A stretch of 64,000 bases of DNA from Hemiscyllium ocellatum (lineage: Eukaryota), in assembly GCF_020745735.1 (NCBI RefSeq), contig NC_083443.1, positions 19,829,006 through 19,893,005 of the forward strand, in the 5' to 3' direction. A program made the translations under genes and the position numbers. Shown here piece after piece: positions 13,429 to 24,411 of the stretch (position 1 is the stretch's first letter; every line of letters starts with the position of its first letter). The notes beneath the pieces were generated by a model. The model searched no databases and was not told where the DNA came from. It was given only the letters and a program-made list of their open reading frames with translations.

Positions 13429-13560
13429 TAGATGTTCTGTTCTGACAAGTACCTGCCCAGCTTTCAATGAAGGTGTTCCAACAAGAGGATTCATATTTGC
13501 AGCCAGAGTAACTCAACTATTAGGGTACCATATCCAGCAAGAGATGCTTCTGGGAGAACA

Positions 13561-13862
13561 AGATTAGATTCCCTACAGTGTGGAAACAGGCCCTTTGGCC
13601 CAACAAGTCCACATCGACCCTTCGAAGAATAAACCATCCAGCCCTATTTCCCCCTGACTAATGCACCTAATACTATGGGCAATTTAGCATGGCCAATTCA
13701 CCTGACCTGACTGTGGGAGGAAACCGGAGCACCCGGAGGAAACCCACGCAGACACGGGGAGAACGTGCAAACTCCACACAGACAGTCACCCGAGTCTGGA
13801 ATCAAACCTGGGATCCTGGTGCTGTGAGGCAGCAGTGCTAACCACTGAGCCACCGTGCCGCC
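13561..13862 (-). mobile_element. V-SINE (HE1-like), near full length
   Basis: Antisense head ggcggcacggtggctcagtggttagc, V-domain and tail. Confidence 0.85.
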
Positions 13863-13882
13863 AAACAACATTAAACGTGTGT

Positions 13883-14063
13883 TCAAAAACAAAAACTCAG
13901 CAGGTCTGGCCACATCTGTGGGGAGAAAGCTGAGTTAATGTTTTGGGTCCAGTGACCCTTCTTCAGGACCTGGAGCCGAAATGTTAAAACTGCTGACCTG
14001 CTGAGTTTTTCCAACACGTTTTGTTTTTGTTTCTGACTTTCAGCATCCGCGGTTTGGTTTTTC
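13883..14063. mobile_element. Inverted pLTR element, second PLE-like family
   Basis: Inverted ends aaactcagcaggtc / gacctgctgagttt. Hammerhead-like motif on - at 13933-13966. Confidence 0.6.
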
Positions 14064-14520
14064 TTGTTAAAGTTCTGTTCAACGGTTTCCACCATAATGA
14101 ATGTACTTTAATAACAAAAGTTGCATGAACTAAATAATCTGATATTGATAGTTTAGTTCATTAAGAACTGGGGGAACCTTATTCACACAAGGGATCTAAA
14201 CATAAGGCTATAGGTTCATGTCCTCATTGATCTTCAAGGTAGTGAAAGCTCAAGACAAATGGATTTGACCTCATTATGCTTTAATTACCATTACTGCTAA
14301 ACAATAACAGGGCAACAATGGCAGACACGATGGAATATCTTGTATCCCAACTTGTCTCTTTCTTCTATCTGTGGGTGTGAATGACTCATAAAGAGGAAAA
14401 ACATGAAAGAAATAGAGTTCAGGCTGAAATAAAGGAACTTGATGCAGACTTTTCTGCTGGCCTGCATGAATCAAATACTATGTCAGAAGTTGGATCATTG
14501 TCCATATAAATAAGGCAGCT

Positions 14521-14742
14521 AATCCACCCCACCTTCACACCCCTGGACACTATGGGCAATTTAGCATGGCCAATTCTCCTAGCCTGCACATCTTTGGACT
14601 GTGGGAGGAAAACAGAGCACCTGGAGAAAACCCACGCAGACACAGGGAGAATGTGCAAACTCCACACTGTTGCCTGAGGGTGGAATTGAACCCAGATCCC
14701 TGGTGCTGTGAGGTAGCAGTGCTGATACTTAAGCCACCGACC
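14521..14742 (-). mobile_element. V-SINE (HE1-like)
   Basis: Same family as 13561-13862. Confidence 0.8.
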
Positions 14743-16188
14743 AGTTGGGTACAGCACAACTATAGCGCCTGCCACAGAGTAAGATGACACGATCTCAAAA
14801 TAAAATCAAGGTCACTGTGGACTGATATTAGGAAAAGTATTTTTCATACAAAAAGCAATGGAAATCTGGAACTCTGTCCCCCAAAAGGCGAGGAAGGATG
14901 CTGAGTGAACTGAATTTTCAAGACCAAGATTGGTGGGTATATGTTAGATACAGGAATCAAAGGTTGTGAAATAAAGATGTGGGAATAGAGATTAGGTGTA
15001 GGTCAGCTCTGCTTTATTAGGAAGTGACAAAAGCAGCTCAATGGCTAACTCTTGTCTTTATGTTCTGTCTTATGACAGAAGCCAGATCTGATAGGGTCAG
15101 AGAATTGATAAAGTAGAATTGGTGCACAATTGTGAACTTAGAAAAGGGCAAATAAAATGTTTTACTAATTACTGTTTGCTAATTAACAAAGTCAATTCAA
15201 AACCAGGATGGGTGTTACTCTGGTCACACACTAGCACGCAGTGGAATAGGAATTACCTTTGCCATAGTTGGCAGTGCCCTAACAGCACGGTGGTCACTGC
15301 TAGGATTACAGCCAGATCCCAACGAGGTGGACGTTATGGAAGTTACACTGAAGCTAATAGATAAGAAACGCTGGGCGTTGAGGATGGGGAGTTTGACTTC
15401 AATGGAAGCAGGGAACCTACCAGAGGAAGGCCCTGTTCTTCTTTCAACCAGTAAAATCTGTCAGGCTATCCCACTAGGCAGATAAAATAATAGAGGAAGT
15501 TGGCTCAAGGCCAGTAATTTTCTACCTAAGGGTCTCTTAAGCTCCAGGGAGGATCTCAGTGCCTCCACCCCTCAGTAAAGGGGAAGATGTCAGAGTGAGC
15601 AGATCCAGTTCTGAGGAAGAATCACTGAGCTCGAAATATTAACTCTAATTTTTCTCTCCACAAATGCTGCTAGACCTGATGAGTTTCTCCAGCGATTTCT
15701 ACTTTTGGGCAGGTCATATGCTGCATTTAATAAGCCACCTCCCACTCATGCCTTCAAACTCACCAGCAGACTTCGAGATTTTAAAATCCAGCCCCTTATA
15801 TCCCTGGGTTTTACAATGTTCACACAGTGTGGGATATCCAAAGGATGAATGGTAAATATCCACAGAATGTCAGCAAAGGACTCCCAAAACTTTAGCCCAA
15901 AATATTTAACGCCCTGACTATTTGGCCTTAATCAAGGGGATGCACCAATAAGAAAACTGAGAGTCTGATTCTGCAGTGACACATCTGTCACAGAATTTGC
16001 ACAGCAAATTTAAAACAAATTATAGTAAGTTAAAAATACGAGGACTCTCAAACTGACTCAACCACTCATTTCAGTTTCTAGCCTGAATGCAATCATTATG
16101 CTTTAAAAACAGTGAAAAGAAGAGTTGATAGCAACACATACGTATAACTTCTAAAAAGAATAATCATAATAAACCTTGCGTTTCAGAA

Positions 16189-16340
16189 ATGGACGCACTT
16201 GTATCACGGTCTGGTTTAACACGGAGGAAGGAGGAGTATGAGCCTCCGACTATATCAGAGCTCAACCGGCTTCTGTGGACCAAAGCAGGAGGAAGTGGCC
16301 ATGTGGATCGCGTTTGGCCAAACCTACACCTGGGAGATGC
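16189..16340 (+). CDS. DUSP13B: DUSP13B (TMDP)-like phosphatase, coding exon 1
   Basis: tttcag acceptor ends 16186, ATG at 16189. Reads MDALVSR...YEPPTISELNRLLWTKAGGSGHVDRVWPNLHLGDA. GTAAGA donor at 16341, phase 2. Resembles TMDP (YQPPTLASLQRLLW). Confidence 0.88.
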
Positions 16341-17095
16341 GTAAGAGCACTGCCTGAAAAAAATTACTCAACTGACAGCCTTTGTTGCATTGTAAAATGG
16401 AGGGTGGGTTTTAAAAAGAGCAGTAAGCCAGTGGGAATAGGCTCCAGTGAGTTTATTTCTTATTCAACAGACAGTCTGATGATTTCAACCATTTGGACTC
16501 ATTGACCAGCAAGGGTTAATGGGGTGGCCCATGCCTCTCAGTGATTGTAGGTAGTTGCTGCATAGCAGGGACTATGGACAGAAAGGTGAGAGCTGGGGGT
16601 GTTAGGAGACTGGGGCAGGTGTCATTCCCTGTAGGGTCAGCATTGTGCTCCTCTGGGCCCCAATATAGGAGGGTTGAAACCTGCCTCCCAGGCCAGAGGC
16701 CTTATGTCGTTGTTGTCTCCAGTGGCAGGTTAAGGCTGAATGTAATGATCGAGCTCTCACTAGCTTTAACAGAATCACAGAATTATCACAGGGCATAAGG
16801 AGGCCATTTGATCCACTGTGACTGTGCTGTATTTGAATGAATGTTCCACTTAGTGTCATTCTCCTTTGCTCTGTAACCCTGCACTTAGTTCCTTTTCAAT
16901 AATAGTCTAACTTCCTTTTGAACACATTGACCTTTCTCCACCACACTTTAGGTGACTATTTAAAGTACCCACACAACCTTCATCTGTTAAAACTGAAACT
17001 GGTGGTCAGTGGTCGTGGACAAGTAAGCAATCTGTTCACTCTAATTACTCACCAGAATAGTATAAATGTTCATTGAACTGTTACGGATACTTGCA

Positions 17096-17520
17096 GGAGG
17101 TTTGAGCTATAGGGAGAGGCTGAACAGGCTGGGGCTGTTTTCCCTGGAGCATCAGAGGCTGAGGGGTGACCTTATAGAGGTTTACAAAATTATGAGGGGC
17201 ATCGATAGGGTAAATAGGCAAAGTCTTTTCCCTGGGGTCGCAGAGTCCAGAACTAGAGGGCATAGGTTTAGGGTGAGAGGAGAAAGACCTACGGGGCAAT
17301 GTTTTTATGTATATGGAATGAGCTGCCAGAGGAAGTGGTGGAGGCTGGTACAACTGCAACATTTAAGAGGCATTTAGATGAGTATTTGAATAGGAAGGGT
17401 TTGGAGGGATATGGGCAGGGTGGTGGCAGGTGGGACTGGATTGGGTTGGGATATCTGGTCAGCGTGGATGGGTTGGACCGAAGGGTCTGTTTCCATCCTG
17501 TACATCTCTATGACTCTATA
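17096..17520 (+). mobile_element. CR1 LINE 3' end
   Basis: Reads GLSYRERLNRLGLFSLE...RGDLIEVYKIMRG and ends ctctatgactctat. Confidence 0.88.
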
Positions 17521-17636
17521 TTATTTTCATTTTATAACTTCATTTTAGCTCAGGTGCATGGAGTTAGTACCATGTTCTACAGAAACTATGGGCTTAAAGC
17601 ACATCTACCACTGTATTGGCTCAGGCAATATTCAGG

Positions 17637-17797
17637 GCTAAGGTTAGAGTGGTGCTGGAAAAGCTCATCCTGATGAAAGGCTCCTGCCTGAATCATCGAT
17701 TTTCCTGTTCCTCAGATGTTGCCTGACCTGCTGTGCTTTTCCAGAACCACTCTAATCTTGACTCTAAGCTCCAGCAATTGCAATCCTCACTTTCACC
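17637..17797. mobile_element. Short inverted Penelope-like pLTR with 11-bp TSD
   Basis: TSD caatattcagg at 17626-17636 and 17798-17808. Contains a ctgatga...gaat decayed hammerhead. Confidence 0.7.
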
Positions 17798-18184
17798 CAA
17801 TATTCAGGCCTGCCTAAAATGGGTGTGGCGTTAGGGCCTTTGCTAAAAAAAAGGTGGTAGACTAGTTTATCAGTAGAAGACAAGGCAAGTACATCGTTCT
17901 CTCAGTGCATGTGTGGAGTGGTGGCAGTGATTAGTGTTGGCTCTCCATGACTATGAACAATGAGAATCTGAACATCAAGACCCTACCAGAGACCTCTGTC
18001 AGTATCAGGGCTGGAAGTGGAGACTGAACTGGTGATCTGCACTGAGAGATGAGCTGTGAGGTGGCCTGTTTCAGCAAATTTGGGGTTAGTGTCTGTTTGC
18101 ACGTGAGGGCAGTGAAATTGCCAATCATCATAGCTCTAACCAGATGCTGTAGCCAGCTTTAAATAATTATTTAATGTTCTGCAG

Positions 18185-18405
18185 GTGGACTGCTCGAGAC
18201 AAGGTAACCCTAAGGAGTCTGAGGATTACACATGTCCTCAATGCTGCTGATGGGAAGTACAATATTAACACTGGAGCCACATACTATAAGGACATGGGAA
18301 TACATTACTATGGAGTAGAGGCATTTGATGACCCAAACTTCAATCTTAGTCCTTTCTTTTACCCAGCTGCTAAATTCATCAGAGCTGGACTAAACACACT
18401 TGGTG
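18185..18405 (+). CDS. DUSP13B: DUSP13B-like coding exon 2
   Basis: ctgcag acceptor ends 18184. Reads [31 protein letters not shown]...[21 protein letters not shown] donor at 18406, phase 1. Confidence 0.9.
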
Positions 18406-18502
18406 GTAAGTGAATGTCCAAGGTAATTTGAAAATAAAGTCAGGTCTACCGTTACAAGTGGTTGCTTCCCAAGCCGCCTTACAGATTTCATTACATTTCC
18501 AA

Positions 18503-18852
18503 ATAGAGTCATAGAGATGTACAGCATGGAAACAGATCCTTCGGTCCAACCTGTCCATGCCGACCAGATATCCCAACCCAATCTAGTCCCACCTGCCAGC
18601 ACCCGGCCCATATCCCTCCAAGCCCTTCCTATTCATATACCCATCCAAATGCCTCTTTAATCTTGCAATTGTACCAGCCTCCACCACATCCTCTGGCAGC
18701 TCATTCCATACACGTACCACCCTCTGCGTGAAAAAGTTGCCCCTTAGGTCTCATTTATATCTTTCCTCTCTCACCCTAAACCTATGCCCTCTAGTTCTGG
18801 ACTCCCCCACTCCAGGGAAACGATTTTGCATATTTGTCCTATCCATGCCCCA
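18503..18852 (-). mobile_element. CR1 LINE 3' end
   Basis: Reverse complement of the 17096-17520 copy family. Confidence 0.88.
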
Positions 18853-19097
18853 ATGTAGTGGGATAAATAAAAAAAAGGGAATATTTTAGTCCCTTAGAAG
18901 AAGTGGTCCTTCTCATATCTGGAACCAAGTTGGAATTTTACTGGGTATGAGCAGACTGAGAACTCTCTGTGTTTGTGGTGTGTTACACAAGTCCTGATTC
19001 TTTAGTGCAGCTGTGAATGTAGCCCACTGGAATACTTAGCTGAAAAATGTGTTGCTGGAAAAGCGCAGCAGGTCAGACAGCATCAAAGGAGCAGTAG

Positions 19098-19133
19098 AAT
19101 CGACGTTTCAAGCATAAGCTCTTCTTCAGGAAT
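19098..19133 (-). ncRNA. Minimal type I hammerhead ribozyme motif (best-preserved copy)
   Basis: The - strand reads attc CTGAAGA A GAGC ttat GCTT GAAA C GTC gatt: intact core boxes, stem II, palindromic ACGT stem III and a GUC site. Confidence 0.65.
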
Positions 19134-19592
19134 GGGGAGGGTGTGCCAAGCAGGCTAAGATAAAAGGTAGGGAGGAAGGACTTGGGGGAGGGGCGTTGGG
19201 AATGTGATAGGTGGAAGGAGGTTAAGGTGAGGGTGATAGGCCGGAGAGGGGTTGGGGACGGAGAGGTTGGGAAGAAGATTGCAGGTCAAGAAGGCGGTGC
19301 TGAGTCCGAGGGTTGGGACTGAGATAAGGTGGGGAGAGGGGAAATGAGGAAGGTGGAGAAATCTGCATTCTCCACCTTCCTCATTTCCCCTCTCCCCACC
19401 TTTTCTCAGTCCCAACCCTCGGAGTCAGCACCACCTTCTTGACCTGCAATCTTCTTCCCAACCTCTCCGTCCCCAACCCCTCTCCGGCCTATCACCCTCA
19501 CCTTAACCTCCTTCCACCTATCGCATTCCCAACGCCCCTCCCCCAAGTCTCTCCTCCCTACCTTTTATCTTAGCCTGATTGGCACACCCCTC

Positions 19593-19628
19593 ATTCCTGA
19601 AGAAGGGCTTACACTTGAAACGTCGATT
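19593..19628 (+). ncRNA. Minimal hammerhead motif with weakened stem II
   Basis: attc CTGAAGA A GGGC ttac ACTT GAAA C GTC gatt. Confidence 0.5.
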
Positions 19629-19756
19629 CTCCTGCTCCTTTGATGCTGCCTGACCTGCTGCGCTTTTCCAGCAACACATTTTTCAGCTCTGATCTCCAGC
19701 ATCTGCAGTCCTCACTTTCTCCCACTGGAATACTTATCCAGACAATTGTTCCCAGT

Positions 19757-19852
19757 CAAAAATAGAAATTGCTGGAAAAACTCAGCAAGTCTGGCAGCAT
19801 CTGTGGAGAGAAATCAGAGTTAACATTTTGGGTCCAGTGACCCTTCTTCAGA
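19757..19852 (-). mobile_element. pLTR fragment of second PLE-like family
   Basis: The - strand reads CTGAAGA A GGGTC actg GACCC AAAA TGTT aactc. Related copies at about 15605-15705, 31880-31990, 46053-46311 and 52950-53130. Confidence 0.6.
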
Positions 19853-20522
19853 CAAAGGCTGCATTTATCTGAAACAGATCGTCAGTGTGTCAGAGTCCTT
19901 TTAAAGACCATATCAAATGGGAAATGCAAACCCCAGTTGTCCTGTCCAGATAGTCAACAACCAGTCAAATGTACATTATCCCACAGAGAGCAATTATCCA
20001 CGTAACACTCCATGGGCAAACTTTTGTCAGAATGTCCTTTGTGTTGGATTTCCTTTAGACATTTGGATAAATACATGTCTGTACTTATAGCCTCTACTTG
20101 CACCAATGTTTCAGAAGCTTTTAACTAAACTGTTTATTTATGTGGTGTCCAAGGCCATTGGATGATATTTGTTATCCTTTTCTAATAAGTGTATGATAAA
20201 CGCTGCTGTGTTCCATTAGATCTTGAATATTAGCATATGTAGCACCACTGAAAAGGACGAACTTCATTTGGTACAGCTTACTGTGTTAGCAGATAGAAAA
20301 TGAGGCCAGCAATTCCCAGAATTGTCACAGAAGTTAGACTTTACAAAAGTAGGCAAAATTTCACAATTCACCTGCCTGTTAGACCCAGGTTGATAGGAAG
20401 CACAGACCAGTACTTAGCAAGAATTACTATTTATTACAAATGAATTGTTTCTAGCTCCAGGTTATGAATCATTGATATATTACTCTACTCATGAAAGTTC
20501 TAATCCCTTTACAAAATACTCC

Positions 20523-20524
<2 letters not shown>

Positions 20525-20563
<39 letters not shown>
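20525..20563. repeat. (AC)n microsatellite
   Basis: Read directly. Confidence 0.95.
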
Positions 20564-20565
<2 letters not shown>

Positions 20566-20709
20566 AGGGAAAGACCAGGAAGGCAGTTCAATGGTCCCTG
20601 TACATCTAATTTGCTGAGGTAATCTGTTTGGCTTGTCAGGACCTGCTGCTCTTCAACCAACCAGTGGGAGAGTTTGCCCCTGATACCCATCGATTCCAGT
20701 TTAATTTAG

Positions 20710-21785
20710 ATCACATAGGATCCAGGGAGAGCCAGTCAGGTAGATACAAAATTGGCTTGATAGTAGGAGACAGGGGGTGGTGGAAGAGGGTTGTTTTTTA
20801 GGACTGGAGTCCTGTGACCAGGGGTGTTCTGCAGAGATTGGTGCTGGGCCCACTGTTGTTTGTCATTTATATAGTGATTGGGATGAAAATGTAGGAAGCA
20901 TGGTTAGCAAGCTTGCAGATGACACCAAAATTGGTGGCACCATGAACAGTGAAGAAGATTATCTCAGAGTATAATGGGAATCTTGACCAGCTTGGCCAAT
21001 GGGCTGAGGAGTGGCAGATGGTGTTTAATTTAGATAAATGTGAGGTATTGCATTTTGATCTGACAAACCAAGGCAGGACTTACACAATTAATGGTAGGGC
21101 CTCGGGGAGTGTGGTCCAACAGAGAGATCTAGGGGTTTAGGTACATAGATAGACAGAGTGGTGAAGAAGGCATTTGGAACACTTCCCTTCAATAGTCAGA
21201 GCCTTGAGTCTAGGGGTTAGGATGTCACGTTACAGCTGTACAGGACATTGAGGCCATTGTTTGGAGTACTGCTTACAGTTTTGGTCACCCTGCTATAGAA
21301 AGTACACTATTACTTTTAAAAGGGAGCAGAAAAGATTAACAAGGCCATTACAGAGACTGCATGGTTTGAGTTTTAAGGAGAGGCTGGAGAGGCTGGGACA
21401 GTTTTTCCTGCAGCATAAGAGGTTGAGGGGTAACCTTATAAGGTGAATAGCCAAGGTCTTTTCCGTAGGATGATGGAGTTCAAATCTAGAGGGCATATTT
21501 TTAAGGTGAGAAGAGAAAGAGGTAAAAGCGACCTGAGGGGCAACATTTTCACACAGAGGGTGGTTCGCGTGTGGAACAAACTGCCAGAGGAAGCGTAGAT
21601 GCAGGTACAGCCACAACATTGAAAAAACATTTAGACAGACACATGAATAGGAAACATTTGGGGCTGAATGGAAAGGAATGGGCCAAACATAGACAAAGGG
21701 GATTAGTTTAATTTGGGAAAACTGATCAGCATGGACAAGTTGGACCGAAGGGTCTGTTTCCATGCTGTGTAACTATGACTCTATG
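20710..21785 (+). mobile_element. CR1 LINE, RT motif to 3' end, frameshifted
   Basis: SKLADDTKIGG, WQMVFNLDKCEVLHF, EYCLQFWSP, and a ctatgactctatga tail. Confidence 0.9.
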
Positions 21786-22528
21786 AAAGGTTATTAATTT
21801 GTTAATCTATCCTTGAATGTGAAATCTTGTCAAATGTAGACTGAGTGATTGTATCATTCTTCATCCAAAACGGATTCACTGACAAGAGCCGCTGAGTTAG
21901 AAAGCTGGGTCCCCAGAACATTACAGGAGCCTCTGGATTAATACTCTAATGATAAAACCACTAGACCATCACCTCCTCACTATCTGATAAAGGGTGTTGG
22001 GGCCAGCTACATTGTATTCATTCCATTTGTGTACTGACCCAAAAAGCAAATACAACCCAAACTAAAAGTATACATGATTACATCACTGGAACATTTTCAT
22101 ATTTAAGAACAACTCTTCCTGTGACCAGTGAGTGAGATAATCCATTCACTGTCATGGTATTGTTTTAAATCTGACTAGGTTAGCCCTTAATGCCCATCCC
22201 TAATTGCCCAGACAATGACATGAGCCTATGACAAATTGCAACTGGATTGAGACAGTACAAGCTGACATTATTCAGGATCCACAGAGAAAGTTTGTGGGCT
22301 TGATGCAAATCCTGATCAGCAGAGTTCATCATTGTACCATTCAGATTCCCTTTGTCTATTAACACTATAAAAAATAATTGAAAGAGAGTCTTCAGTAGGA
22401 TCCACTAAAGAGCGGTCGTCATATGACAGTGTGGTGTAACAATCTCAAGTCATAGGTAATCTAAGTTACTCCTACTACAGCAAACTATGCACATGCTGTG
22501 TTGTTACCAGTATTTATCTCCTTTGCAG

Positions 22529-22728
22529 GTAAAGTGTTTGTCCATTGTGCTATGGGAATCAGCCGAGCAGCCACCCTAGTCCTTGCGTATTTAATGATCT
22601 GTGAGAAGATGACTCTGGTTGACGCTATTAAAACAGTGAGCGCTCATCGGAATATCTCGCCCAACAATGGTTTCCTCTCCCAACTCCAAGAACTTGACAG
22701 AGCCCTAATGAAAGAAAGGAGAGGATGA
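22529..22728 (+). CDS. DUSP13B: DUSP13B-like coding exon 3 (P-loop HCAMGISRA)
   Basis: ctttgcag acceptor ends 22528. Reads [50 protein letters not shown]...*. Exons sum to 573 nt (190 aa). Confidence 0.9.
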
Positions 22729-23010
22729 TCGGACCTTGAATGCTTGACACGTGGTGACCTCATGACAAGGCTTCATTTACAAAATATCTCAGTGGAAAAT
22801 AATACACTGAAAGTAGATGGGGATTTTATGAACTTTATGCTTTCAATTTAGTTCAGCATCTTCTTGGATACATATGGGATGATTGTCTGTTGTTTAATGG
22901 GTTGGCACTAAAGAACACTGTTTTTAGCACTTGTGTACTAAAAGGAAATGTAGTAACAATGGTCGGGATTCTGTGAATTCAACCATAGTCCCTGTGCAAT
23001 GATGGAATGA

Positions 23011-23016
23011 AATAAA
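23011..23016 (+). terminator. Candidate polyadenylation signal of DUSP13B-like gene
   Basis: AATAAA about 280 nt after the stop. A second one lies at 23083-23088. Confidence 0.4.
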
Positions 23017-24187
23017 GAGTTTCAAAATTAGTGGTTTATTGCATCCAGGGCTGACATCCTTGTTATGATGTCTTGGAGAATTAATAAAGAAACAAAAAAC
23101 TTGCATTTCTGTAGCACCTTTTATGACCAAAAAGTCTCAGAGCTTTGTGCAGCCAATGGCATACTTTTTTGAAGTGTAATTACAGTGGCAATGTAGGAGA
23201 TGCAGCAGTCAATGTGCACACACTGTCCTGACTATAACCCAGCCCCAAGCCCCTGGACCCATTCAATCACATCTTCTGCAGCATTACTGTCCAACTCCAC
23301 CAAGGCCCTGGTAGGAGCTTCGGTAGCATTAACCTGCGCTCTCTATCAGTCAGGGGGTAGCATGAGCCCTAGTCACAGTGGGTAATGCTTGCTGTCCAGT
23401 CACCAGCCTTGTAAGGCATCCTCATTCTCAAATGCACCAGGTACACAGGAGTGCTCCAGGATGTAGGAGCTGTGGCAGCTGCCAGGATAATAGGCACATT
23501 GCCTTAAGAAAGAACCAGTACATTAACAATGCTGTTACTTACTGAATTCCCACAGCATTAAGACCTAGCCCTCTAAGTGTCACCTGTTTATGGTCGATGG
23601 CACCTGGGAGAAGCCAGCTACCTTCCTGAATCCTACTGCCCGAGCTGCAGCACTTATCCCAGCATGGGGGTGGGGATGAAATGAATTGTGGAGATCTTGC
23701 ATAGTCACTGTCCTGTTGCATTTGTGGGAACACGACGGAGAGATCCCATGCAGGTCACCCACTGCTTCTCAGAAAGAAGCAGTTGCACAGGGGTTCAGAG
23801 TGGCTGCTAGGTCCACAGCCCCTGGAAGAAGATGGCTCCACTCCCCCATCGTCCCCAAGTCCTACTATATCATCTGGCCTTGTTCCGTCAAAGTCCCAGG
23901 CCATTCGGAGCCAGCATCAGATGGACATAGTGCCTCACTCAGTGCCAGGAATTGGAGTCTGGGCCATAAACCTGTGCATCCCACACGTGATGAGGAGCCC
24001 TGAGGTTTTAGATCTAACATGAGAATGGGGTTTGAATGGCTACCCTTTGCGCTATGTATTTCCTGTGATTCCTCAGGCTACATTGCACACTGACCACTCT
24101 CCTACACGTCTAGGATGATTAGCCTATGGCCTCCTGCCTGCATTCAGAGCTGGAATGTGGGCCCAAGGTTAGGATTTCAGGCTCCAG

Positions 24188-24411
24188 TTAAAAATAGGCT
24201 AACCACCTGTGCAATGGTGACCCTGCCTCGGCTTAGAGCCCAGGCTCAGGCGAAGGTCAAAGTTAGCAAACACCCAAACTAAATATACAGAGGCAAGAGA
24301 GATCGAGGAACAGAGGATGAAAGCGATAGAAGGAGAGAAGAACTTTGATTCTATGTTGGTCTTGGGCCTTACCTCAGGTCTGCCTAATCTCACTGTGTTC
24401 GATCTGTAAGT
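24188..24411 (+). promoter_or_regulatory. Candidate muscle-type promoter and non-coding first exon of DUSP29
   Basis: MEF2 match TTAAAAATAG 24188-24197, E-box CACCTG 24204-24209, AGGTCA half-site 24254-24259, TAAATATA 24280-24287, then a GTAAGT donor at 24406. Confidence 0.4.

Larger units (their letters stand above)
19039..19720. mobile_element. Palindromic Penelope-like pLTR insertion with 16-bp TSD
   Basis: Arms 19038-19360 and 19368-19688, 7-nt loop atctgca. TSD cccactggaatactta at 19023-19038 and 19721-19736. Confidence 0.88.

Noticed and set aside
13800-13862. tRNA genes at SINE heads (also 3978, 27502, 58095)
   Set aside because: A/B boxes continue into V-SINE bodies and no complete cloverleaf is evident.
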